From a virus, in IMG/VR virus record IMGVR_UViG_3300045988_104128, positions 1-16,307 of that record: DNA of 16,307 nt, one strand, 5' to 3'. Positions within the stretch are counted from its first letter, which is position 1, and each line of letters opens with the position of its first letter. A program made the translations under genes and the position numbers. Below, in pieces: positions 5,972-13,575 of this stretch. Under the pieces are notes generated by a model. It made no database searches. It saw only the letters and a program-made list of their open reading frames with translations, and was not told where the DNA came from.

Positions 5972-6139
5972 ATGATAAACAAATTATTAATTATGATACT
6001 AAATCATAAAAAGCAAAAGTTAGTTTATAAGAATTGTGGTATATGTAATTATCCATTACAATGTGATTATTGCGACATATACTTTATGCAAAGAGATATT
6101 AAAGATGTAGTACGTCATTTAAAGGGGGGAAAAATATGA
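5972..6139 (+). CDS. Small Cys-rich protein (55 aa; CGIC...CDYC zinc-ribbon-like)
   Basis: This ORF is not in the track because it is under 60 aa. ATG at 5972 has GAGGTGA upstream. The Cys pattern is C-x2-C-x6-C-x2-C. The stop overlaps the next start. Confidence 0.6.
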   Translation: MINKLLIMILNHKKQKLVYKNCGICNYPLQCDYCDIYFMQRDIKDVVRHLKGGKI

Positions 6140-6261
6140 TAACATGGTTAGTAGATTTATATTACAGATACAAAGCAAAGAAACACGAAAAGGTTTGTAG
6201 ACACCTTTGTTGTTTTTGTAATCACAAATATTATTGTGATTTTTTCACAAAGGAGTATTAA
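6136..6261 (+). CDS. Small Cys-rich protein (41 aa), likely paralogue of the preceding ORF
   Basis: The start overlaps the upstream stop (ATGA). The motif KVCRHLCCFCNHKYYCDFF compares with KNCGICNYPLQCDYCDIYF in its neighbour. TAA stop at 6259-6261. Confidence 0.5.
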   Translation: MITWLVDLYYRYKAKKHEKVCRHLCCFCNHKYYCDFFTKEY

Positions 6262-6265
6262 AAAT

Positions 6266-6499
6266 ATGAATGATAAAATGGAAAAAGTAGTGCAGGAACT
6301 ACGCAAAAGATTTAGAGGTTCAATCGAGTTTTATGATGTACCATATACAGAGCAGTATAAAATAGAATATTGCTTAAATGGTTTATACATAGTAAAGTTT
6401 TTATCATACGATTTTATAAAGAAAAAAGATACAAGGAAAATTGTATTATCATTAAACATATTAATCGCGACAGATATACACAATCATTTTTACAAATAA
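6266..6499 (+). CDS. Hypothetical protein (77 aa)
   Basis: ATG at 6266 has AAAGGAG upstream. The track start at 6236 overlaps the preceding ORF and lacks an SD. Confidence 0.7.
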   Translation: MNDKMEKVVQELRKRFRGSIEFYDVPYTEQYKIEYCLNGLYIVKFLSYDFIKKKDTRKIVLSLNILIATDIHNHFYK

Positions 6500-6502
6500 A
6501 GC

Positions 6503-6534
6503 AAAAAGGCAGGAGTAAAATACTCTTGCCTTTT
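6503..6534. terminator. Bidirectional intrinsic terminator between convergent early (+) and ATPase (-) transcription
   Basis: AAAAA-GGCAGGAGT-loop-ACTCTTGCC-TTTT: a 9-bp stem with one G:U pair, flanked by an A-tract on the 5' side and a T-tract on the 3' side. It therefore reads as a terminator on both strands. Confidence 0.75.
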
Positions 6535-6649
6535 CTATATCTATAACTATTGCAGAACACAAGCGCACAGCATTTACGACAATACATACTAGCGTTATCT
6601 TCCAAACGTGCTACCTAGCAGTATCAAGTGAACATACAACAGCAGATAC

Positions 6650-7690
6650 CTAATAACTAATAGTCTTGAATAAAACTTCTTTGCATTTAAGGTTCTTAAA
6701 TCTAAAACAACCTTTTTCAAAATAATATCTCAATTGACTAATAAATAAATCATTCTGTTTTAACATAACATAATTAATATCATGGTCATTAACAGTAACA
6801 CTTATTTTAGTTCTAAAAGTACTATCCGCCTTATCATCAATATATAAAAACCCTTGCTCACTAAATTGTTTCACAGCATAGTCATGGTTCATATACCTTA
6901 AGGTTGCAATATATTTTCCTTTTCCTACGGGAGTATCAATAAAAGCAGTGTTATCATTTAAGTACACATTTTCACTTGAGTATGCGACATACTGATTATT
7001 CTTAAATGCTCTATTGAAACCACTCTCTTTTTGTGCCTTACTAGCAGTTTGTATAAAACCACTTTCAAGTACAAATCCGTCCCCTTTTAAGAAATTAGTC
7101 TCACTGTTTAATCTTTCAGATATTCCTAACTCTACATAATAAGGATTGATAATACTGACAGCATTACTTAACATATATACAGGAAGATACCTTGCCTGCT
7201 CTCCATGTCCCCTTGCTATACTTGTATGTACGCTGATAAATTTTCTTATTTCATCACTACAATAGTGATTAGTTTCACTCTGAAATTCATCAAATAGCAT
7301 ACTATCAGTATCACTAAGTAAGTGACTATATTTTTTCAATTGGTCTGCACTATTTAAACTAATAGCATAACCACAATGCTGTTCATTTAAAAACAAACTA
7401 TGATAGATACCACTTGCACAGCGTTCACTTTCCATAGTGTAATTACTAAAAAATAATGTTTGTAAATCCTTAAAGAACTTATTAGATACATCATCAAGTT
7501 CATAGTTGTATCTATAAATTAAACAGAATTTTTTACCATATTTTAGAAATCTGTTGACTTCTAATCTACCAAAATATGTTGTCTTACCACCACTTCTATT
7601 AGTGGTACATAAAAATAGTTCAGGTTTTAATCCGTTTATATCTTTCATTGATAACAATTTAGTTCCGTCATAGTATTTATTTTCACTCAT
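6650..7690 (-). CDS. DNA encapsidation ATPase (phi29 gp16-like, 346 aa)
   Basis: Walker A-like NRSGGKTT, Walker B-like MLFDEF, and LSNAVSIINPYY (phi29 gp16 LSNAVSVVNPYF). This is the only supported minus-strand gene. Confidence 0.92.
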   Translation of the reverse strand: MSENKYYDGTKLLSMKDINGLKPELFLCTTNRSGGKTTYFGRLEVNRFLKYGKKFCLIYRYNYELDDVSNKFFKDLQTLFFSNYTMESERCASGIYHSLFLNEQHCGYAISLNSADQLKKYSHLLSDTDSMLFDEFQSETNHYCSDEIRKFISVHTSIARGHGEQARYLPVYMLSNAVSIINPYYVELGISERLNSETNFLKGDGFVLESGFIQTASKAQKESGFNRAFKNNQYVAYSSENVYLNDNTAFIDTPVGKGKYIATLRYMNHDYAVKQFSEQGFLYIDDKADSTFRTKISVTVNDHDINYVMLKQNDLFISQLRYYFEKGCFRFKNLKCKEVLFKTISY

Positions 7691-7735
7691 ATTGTTGTAC
7701 TCTTTTCTTAAAATTAACTATAATTATCTCAATTT

Positions 7736-7764
7736 ATTATATCAAATATATTGTAAAATATCAA
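7736..7764 (-). promoter_or_regulatory. Leftward promoter for the ATPase gene
   Basis: On the minus strand: TTGATA (7764-7759), a 17-nt spacer, TATAAT (7741-7736). The -10 lies about 45 nt upstream of the ATPase start codon. Confidence 0.65.
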
Positions 7765-7779
7765 GTAATATGTTATAAT
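7751..7779 (+). promoter_or_regulatory. Rightward late-operon promoter (near-consensus, extended -10)
   Basis: TTGTAA (7751-7756), a 17-nt spacer, TGt-TATAAT (7771-7779). The holin start is about 33 nt downstream. The promoter overlaps the leftward promoter across 7751-7764. Confidence 0.75.
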
Positions 7780-7811
7780 TAAAAAGAGAATAAAAGAAGG
7801 GCGGTGAGGAT

Positions 7812-8021
7812 ATGGACACATTTCAAATGATTTTGCAGGCTGTCACAACAGTTGGATTTCCTATAGTAATGTGCTTATGTTTGGCATGGTACTGTATGAA
7901 ACTGAATGAAAGTCACAAGGCAGAAACAGACAAGTTTACAACAGCACTAAATGATAACACACTGATATTACAGAAATTATGCGACATATTAAATGTGGAA
8001 AGAAGTGATAAGAATGAGTAA
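7812..8021 (+). CDS. Holin (69 aa, BhlA/UviB-like architecture)
   Basis: A single N-terminal TM segment (AVTTVGFPIVMCLCLAWYCM) is followed by a charged helical tail. The gene lies immediately upstream of the endolysin and overlaps it. SD GGTGAGGA. Met1 and Met6 offer a possible dual start. Confidence 0.75.
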   Translation: MDTFQMILQAVTTVGFPIVMCLCLAWYCMKLNESHKAETDKFTTALNDNTLILQKLCDILNVERSDKNE

Positions 8022-8676
8022 AGTTGACGTTTACACAGATTATATGATTGCAATAGCAAATGACAATTCACATGGTTATTCACAGATTAACAGAGGTGGA
8101 AATCCTGACTTTGATTGCAGTTCATTAGTTGGACACGCACTTGCTAAAGCAGGTTTTAATGTAAATGTAAACAGTACAACACGAAACTTATACGAACAGT
8201 TAAAACGTTGTGGCTTTACTTCATGCAATAGACCTTTTCAAAAAGGTGATATTCATTTAGCAGTAGGACATCATGTATGTGTTTCAACAGATAGTGAACA
8301 TATAGTTCATGCAAGCATTGATGAAAGAGGGACTACAAAGGGACGTAAAGCAGGAGACCAAACAGGAAAAGAAATTTGCATAAGAAAATATTACACACCT
8401 AGTTATGGTTGGGATTATCATTTACGCTATAATGGGAATAAAGGAAGTGCAGGTTATACTATGAATTTATTAAAGAGCGGAGTATCAAATATTGACGTAA
8501 CAGTATTTGAAATACTTATGACAAAGTTAGGTTATTACAGTGGTAGCATTGATACAAAATATGGTGCAGGCTGTATAAGGGCTTGTAAAAATTTTCAGTC
8601 AGATTATGGATTAACTGTTGACGGGGTGTGTGGTAAAAACACATGGAATAAACTTTTTAGTTTAGGTATAAGATAA
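8014..8676 (+). CDS. Endolysin: Amidase_5-like cysteine peptidoglycan hydrolase plus C-terminal PG_binding_1-like domain (220 aa)
   Basis: ATG at 8014 overlaps the holin stop. HGYSQINRGGNPDFDCSSLV and GDIHLAVGHH resemble the Dp-1 Pal-type Amidase_5 motif (YDCSS). The C-terminal LGYYSGSIDTKYGAGCIRACKNFQSDYGLTVDGVCGKNTWNKL fits the PG_binding_1 pattern. Confidence 0.85.
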   Translation: MSKVDVYTDYMIAIANDNSHGYSQINRGGNPDFDCSSLVGHALAKAGFNVNVNSTTRNLYEQLKRCGFTSCNRPFQKGDIHLAVGHHVCVSTDSEHIVHASIDERGTTKGRKAGDQTGKEICIRKYYTPSYGWDYHLRYNGNKGSAGYTMNLLKSGVSNIDVTVFEILMTKLGYYSGSIDTKYGAGCIRACKNFQSDYGLTVDGVCGKNTWNKLFSLGIR

Positions 8677-9260
8677 TGGCATGGATAGTTAAAGTAGGAG
8701 TAGCTCAATATTTAACACAGTCTGAAATGGAAAACAATGCTAATGAGTTCTATGGTTATTTCAACAGTAAAGGTTTTACTATTGAAAGCGTAGCAGGTAT
8801 GTTAGGTAATCTTCAACAGGAGTCAAATATTAACCCTGGTATGAAACAAACAGCAAGTGCAAGTAGCGGTTGGGGATTGATACAGTGGACACCTAGCAGT
8901 AATCTAACAGAGTATGCAACTGCACATGGCGCTGATTGGGCAACAGGAGAAATACAAACGCAGTTAATGTGGGATGAAATAATAAATGGTTATGGTGGAC
9001 AATGGATACCTAAACCTGCACTAGGATATAGTTATAATGGTGATGAATTTTCAAAGTTGACAGATGTAGCAGAAGCGTGCAAAGCATATTTATATGAAAG
9101 AGAACGTGCAGGAGTTGAAGCATTGAGTAACAGATTAACATATGCTAGTAATTGGTATGAGTATCTAACAGGTGTTACACCACCTACTCCACCTGAACCA
9201 CCTACACCAACTAAGCGAAAAGGTATGCCAATTTGGATGATGCGTAGACCATTATTTTAA
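8676..9260 (+). CDS. Tail-associated lysozyme, phi29 gp13 N-terminal-domain-like (Phage_lysozyme2 type), with a Pro/Thr linker and a 15-aa basic tail (194 aa)
   Basis: VAGMLGNLQQESNINP ... GWGLIQWT is characteristic of the phage tail lysozyme family. The C-terminus is TPPTPPEPPTPT followed by KRKGMPIWMMRRPLF. The start overlaps the endolysin stop (TAATG). Confidence 0.75.
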   Translation: MAWIVKVGVAQYLTQSEMENNANEFYGYFNSKGFTIESVAGMLGNLQQESNINPGMKQTASASSGWGLIQWTPSSNLTEYATAHGADWATGEIQTQLMWDEIINGYGGQWIPKPALGYSYNGDEFSKLTDVAEACKAYLYERERAGVEALSNRLTYASNWYEYLTGVTPPTPPEPPTPTKRKGMPIWMMRRPLF

Positions 9261-9280
9261 ATAGAAAAGAGGTGAGAAAA

Positions 9281-9601
9281 ATGGCAGTACTTTCACATGA
9301 TGATTTTATGAACGCAGTAAAAGGTTTAGCAGGTGATAACGCTGACGATAATACACTTGCTATGATTGAGAATTTTACTGATACATTCAATGACCTTGAA
9401 ACACGTGCAAAAGATACCACTGATTGGAAAGCAAAATATGAGCAGAATGACAATGAGTGGAGAGAAAAATATAAAGCACGATTTTTTGAGGGCAGTGCAG
9501 ACACAGACCCTGCAACAGTAATTAATGAACAAAAGGAAGATATTACTGATGATGGTAAGGAAATTTCCTTTGATGAATTATTTAAAGAAAGAGAGGGCTA
9601 A
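9281..9601 (+). CDS. Scaffolding protein (phi29 gp7-like, 106 aa)
   Basis: ATG at 9281 follows AAAAGAGGTGAGAAAA; the track start at 9272 is a GTG inside the SD. The product is small, highly acidic and helical, and its gene lies directly upstream of the capsid gene. Confidence 0.7.
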   Translation: MAVLSHDDFMNAVKGLAGDNADDNTLAMIENFTDTFNDLETRAKDTTDWKAKYEQNDNEWREKYKARFFEGSADTDPATVINEQKEDITDDGKEISFDELFKEREG

Positions 9602-9606
9602 GAATT

Positions 9607-10974
9607 ATGGCTACAAAACCAAAAATTAAGACACTTACTAATTCAAGCGTTGACATCTTAAATGCTATAAGAAACAACGCAAGTACAAATTACAAAGATT
9701 ATGTGCCACAGGCTACAGCAGACTCTGACTCAATCAGAGAAATCGGTGCAGTAATTATGGACTACCCTGCTTTACAGAATGAGTTTTTATCAGCACTTGT
9801 AAACAGAATAGGTAGAGTAATTTTAACAAGTAAATCATACGACAATCCATGGGCTATGTTTAAAAAAGGTATGCTCGAATTTGGTGAGTCTATTGAAGAA
9901 GTATTTGTTAATATTGCAAAGCCGTTTCAGTTTGACCCACAGGTTGCAGAGTCAAATGTGTTCAAGCGTGAAATTCCTGACGTACGCAGTGCATTTCACA
10001 TTATGAACTATCAGAAGTACTACAAAGCTACAATCTCAAATGACCAGTTGAGACAGGCTTTTCTGTCTATTGACGGCATTACAGATTTGATTGCTAAGAC
10101 TGTGGACGCTATGTATACAGGTGCTAACTATGACGAGTTTCAGACTATGAAGTATATGCTTGCAAAGCATATTTTAAATGGACTCATGAACCCTGTTACC
10201 ATTCCTGCTATTAACACAGCGAACATGAATAGTATTGTTAGTACTATCAAGGGAGTATCAAATAAGTTTACTTTCCTTAACTCAAAGAATAACCTTGCAG
10301 GAGTTATGAACCATACACCTAAGCAGGAACAGTATTTGTTAGTCAACTCACAGTTTGACGCTACTATGAATGTTGAAGTACTTGCGAGTGCTTTTAACAT
10401 GGATAGAGCAGAATTTGACGGACACCATGTACTTGTAGATAGTTTTGGTGATTTAGACATTGAGAGATTAAATACTCTCTTTGCTGGTGACCCTACCTAT
10501 ACAGAGATAAGTCAGGCAGAACTTGAAGCACTTGACGCTATTCCTTGCGTTTTAGTAGATAGTGATTGGTTTATGATTTTTGACAACTATCTGAACTTCA
10601 CAGAGCAGTACAATGGTGAGGGACTGTATTGGAACTACTGGTATCATGTATGGAAAACATTTAGTGTATCTCCGTTCTCAAACAATGCTGTATTTGTTGC
10701 AGGAACACCTGCTGTCAAGACAGTTACAGTTACACCTAGTGAAGCTACAGTTAGTGCAGGTGGACAGATACAGTTGAGTGTTACTGTTGATACTAATAAT
10801 TATGCACCACAGAGCGTTATATGGAGTATTGCTACTGGTGGTGATAAGGCTAGTATCTCAAGTACTGGTATGCTTAAGATTAATAGTAATGCAGGAACAG
10901 GAAGTATTACAGTCAAAGCAACTAGCACGTTTGATAGTACAAAGTTTGGTACTGCAACTATTACTGTTGCGTGA
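9607..10974 (+). CDS. Major capsid protein (phi29 gp8-like) with C-terminal Big_2 Ig-like domain (455 aa)
   Basis: VDILNAIRN, YVPQAT, FKKG, FKREIPDV and LYWNYWYHVW are collinear with phi29 gp8. The C-terminal VTVTPSEATVSAGGQIQLSV ... ITVKATS fits the Big_2 pattern. Confidence 0.95.
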   Translation: MATKPKIKTLTNSSVDILNAIRNNASTNYKDYVPQATADSDSIREIGAVIMDYPALQNEFLSALVNRIGRVILTSKSYDNPWAMFKKGMLEFGESIEEVFVNIAKPFQFDPQVAESNVFKREIPDVRSAFHIMNYQKYYKATISNDQLRQAFLSIDGITDLIAKTVDAMYTGANYDEFQTMKYMLAKHILNGLMNPVTIPAINTANMNSIVSTIKGVSNKFTFLNSKNNLAGVMNHTPKQEQYLLVNSQFDATMNVEVLASAFNMDRAEFDGHHVLVDSFGDLDIERLNTLFAGDPTYTEISQAELEALDAIPCVLVDSDWFMIFDNYLNFTEQYNGEGLYWNYWYHVWKTFSVSPFSNNAVFVAGTPAVKTVTVTPSEATVSAGGQIQLSVTVDTNNYAPQSVIWSIATGGDKASISSTGMLKINSNAGTGSITVKATSTFDSTKFGTATITVA

Positions 10975-10983
10975 TATTAATAC

Positions 10984-11011
10984 GGCAGGAGAGCATGATT
11001 GCTTTCCTGCT
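10984..11011 (+). other. Stem-loop directly after the capsid gene (possible mRNA stabiliser/attenuator)
   Basis: GGCAGGAGAGC-ATGATT-GCTTTCCTGCT forms an 11-bp stem including two G:U pairs. There is no U-tract, and the tail knob start lies 21 nt downstream. Confidence 0.4.
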
Positions 11012-11031
11012 ATTGTAAAGGTGGTGGAGAT

Positions 11032-12660
11032 ATGCAGATACAACCTAATAGTGTTATCAAATTGTGTAGTGGTGTACCGATAGATAGCAGTTATAAAGAT
11101 ACTATTTATTTTGAAAGTAGAGAAGCGCAGAAAAGTTATTTTGATAGTAAAGTTGTTAGAACTATGGACAAAGCTAGTTTTCAGAGAATTAACGGACAAC
11201 AGGGTGTTGTAAGAATGAGTGCTAATGCAGAGAGCATTTATGACTGCAACTATATGATGTTTCAAAATACTAACTATGGCAGTAAATGGTTTTATGCTTT
11301 TATTACTAATATTGAATATGTAAATGATAAAGTTAGTAATGTATATTTTACTATTGATGTTATGCAAACATGGTTTCTTTTTGACTGTACTCTTAAAGAG
11401 TGTTTTGTTGAAAGAGAGCATAGTATGACAGATGTTATTGGTGATAATTTAGTGTATGAAAATGTTGAACTAGGAGATTATGTTAGTAGTTCCTTTGAGC
11501 AATTTACAACATCTAAAACTAGTAGCGGAAACACAAATATTATAGCACCATTGTCAATAGTAGTTGCTTGTACCTTTAACAAAGATTATGAAGATGTTGC
11601 AGGCGGATATTATTCAAATTTATATAGCGGTTTAAATTTTATAACGTTTGACAACAATTCAACAGGCGCACAAGAATGTAGTAAATGGCTATCAAATGTA
11701 CCTAGTGCAAAATATGACGGCATAGTTGCTATGTTTTTAATGCCTACTAATTTTATAAGCAACGTAAATGGTGGTAATCAAATTTATACTTCTACCATTC
11801 AAAAACTTATTATAAATATGTTTGGAACAGACGGCTATCAAATTAAAAACAATAAGTTATATACTTACCCGTACAATTTTTTATACTTAACAAATTTCCA
11901 AGGTTCTTATGCTGACTTACATTATGAGTATTTCAGTGATAGTGTTTGTAATTTTACTATAGTAGGTGATATGACTTGTAATCCTGAGGTTGTAGTTATT
12001 CCTAATAATTACAAAGGTGTAGTTACAAACTATGACGAAAAAATAACATTACAAGGCTATCCACAACTAGGTTGGAGTACTGATAGTTTTAAGGCATGGT
12101 TAGCACAAAGTGCAACAAGTGTAGTTGGAAATGCTATGAGTACATCAATGTTTGATAGTGCATATGCTAATAGAACCGCTATAGCAGGAAAATATATACC
12201 TAGTGCTATGGGTGATGTTGGCACAGGTGTAAATATTTCAAGTACTGCTAACCCTTTAGCATTAACAGTAGCAGGTGTTCATGTTGCAAATGCTATACAA
12301 AATATAGCTTATCATAGTGCTTTACCACAACAAGCACATGGAAGTAATAATGGCAGTATTTTATCAACGATAGGACTAATGACTATTGGTGTAATGAAAA
12401 AACATATAAGAGAAGAGTATGCAAGAATAATTGATGATTATTTTACTGTATATGGTTATGCAACTAATAGAGTAAAAGTACCTAATATAAGCGTAAGACC
12501 GCATTGGACATACACAAAAACAATAGGAAGTAATGTTGTTTCAAAAACTTGTAACAATAATGATGTAACTCTTATCAATACTATTTTTGATAATGGTATT
12601 ACATTTTGGAAAAACGCTAGTGAAATAGGCAACTATTCATTAGATAACAGCCCTAATTAG
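11032..12660 (+). CDS. Tail knob / distal tube protein (phi29 gp9-like, 542 aa)
   Basis: ATG at 11032 has AAAGGTGGTGGAG upstream. YMMFQNTNYGSKWFYAFITNIEYVNDKVSNVYFTIDVMQTWF closely parallels phi29 gp9 YIMFQNADYGNKWFYAFVTELEF...FEIDVLQTWMF. Confidence 0.9.
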   Translation: MQIQPNSVIKLCSGVPIDSSYKDTIYFESREAQKSYFDSKVVRTMDKASFQRINGQQGVVRMSANAESIYDCNYMMFQNTNYGSKWFYAFITNIEYVNDKVSNVYFTIDVMQTWFLFDCTLKECFVEREHSMTDVIGDNLVYENVELGDYVSSSFEQFTTSKTSSGNTNIIAPLSIVVACTFNKDYEDVAGGYYSNLYSGLNFITFDNNSTGAQECSKWLSNVPSAKYDGIVAMFLMPTNFISNVNGGNQIYTSTIQKLIINMFGTDGYQIKNNKLYTYPYNFLYLTNFQGSYADLHYEYFSDSVCNFTIVGDMTCNPEVVVIPNNYKGVVTNYDEKITLQGYPQLGWSTDSFKAWLAQSATSVVGNAMSTSMFDSAYANRTAIAGKYIPSAMGDVGTGVNISSTANPLALTVAGVHVANAIQNIAYHSALPQQAHGSNNGSILSTIGLMTIGVMKKHIREEYARIIDDYFTVYGYATNRVKVPNISVRPHWTYTKTIGSNVVSKTCNNNDVTLINTIFDNGITFWKNASEIGNYSLDNSPN

Positions 12661-12675
12661 AAAAGAGGTGAGACA

Positions 12676-13575
12676 ATGAGTAGAAAAGGTAGAAAAGCAC
12701 AGACCGAAGCATTCCTGCAAAATCAAAGAACATATCTACAGTATGTTAATAGACTGACAGAGTTAAGCATTTCAATGTTTGATTGGAAAAATTTGCCTGA
12801 TACTATTGATGCAAGGTTCTTAGAACTAGCACTTTTTAATGACGGAATGGCAGTATTTTTTAAGGATGAAGTCATGGGTTACTTAGGATTGCAAGTTATG
12901 ATAGGCGGTAAACTTGATGTTTACAGAATACCTATTACACGAACAGCCTTTTCACAAAATGGTTATCAAATGAAACTTGACCCTAGTAACAGTGTTATTA
13001 TTTTTAATAATATGTTACACACTAACAGTATACTTGACGTGCAGGAAATGAGTAAAAGATTGTATGAAATACAGAGAACTATTGATGTAAATGTAATACA
13101 GCAGAAAACACCTAAGATTATTACTTGCACTGAAAATCAGAGGTTAGTAATGAAAAATCTGTATGCGCAGTATATGGGTAATGAACCATTTATTTTTGGT
13201 GATAAGAACTTAGACCTAAGCGGTATTAAGACACTTGATACTACAAGTCCTTATGTTGCTGATAAGCTATATGAGTTAAAGACTCAATATTGGAATGAAG
13301 CATTGACGTACTTAGGTATTAGTAATGTTAATACTATAAAAAAAGAGAGAATGATTACCGATGAAGTACAAAGAAATTTAGGTGGAACTATTGCTAGTAG
13401 GTATTCAAGACTGTTTATGAGACAGCAGGCTTGCGAACAGATTAATAAAATGTTTGGACTGAACATTAGTGTTGACTATCGTGAAGATATGCAGGTACTT
13501 GATACTTATGACGCTGATAAAGCAGAGTTGAGTAATGAAACTGGCGTAGGCAAAGGTGGTGATAATAATGAGTAA
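12676..13575 (+). CDS. Portal / upper collar connector (phi29 gp10-like, 299 aa)
   Basis: MFDWKNLPDTIDARFLE (phi29 FEWENLPPTINPSFLE), QQKTPKII and KKERMITDEV (phi29 KKERMVTDEV). The length is close to that of gp10. Confidence 0.93.
   Translation: MSRKGRKAQTEAFLQNQRTYLQYVNRLTELSISMFDWKNLPDTIDARFLELALFNDGMAVFFKDEVMGYLGLQVMIGGKLDVYRIPITRTAFSQNGYQMKLDPSNSVIIFNNMLHTNSILDVQEMSKRLYEIQRTIDVNVIQQKTPKIITCTENQRLVMKNLYAQYMGNEPFIFGDKNLDLSGIKTLDTTSPYVADKLYELKTQYWNEALTYLGISNVNTIKKERMITDEVQRNLGGTIASRYSRLFMRQQACEQINKMFGLNISVDYREDMQVLDTYDADKAELSNETGVGKGGDNNE

Noticed and set aside
6414-6605. 63-aa Cys-rich minus-strand ORF downstream of the ATPase gene
   Set aside because: It begins with TTG and has only a weak SD. 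It reads straight through the bidirectional terminator hairpin and runs antisense into the 6266-6499 gene. The Cys-richness is expected from antisense GCA and ACA codons. The non-coding spacer is kept as a separate finding.
9211-9532. Minus-strand ORFs overlapping the scaffold gene
   Set aside because: They are antisense to the scaffold and tail-lysozyme genes and have no start context.
10858-11421. 187-aa minus-strand ORF, and the 10778-11083 plus-strand ORF
   Set aside because: Both overlap the capsid and tail-knob genes out of frame or antisense. Both are low-complexity and have no ribosome-binding site.
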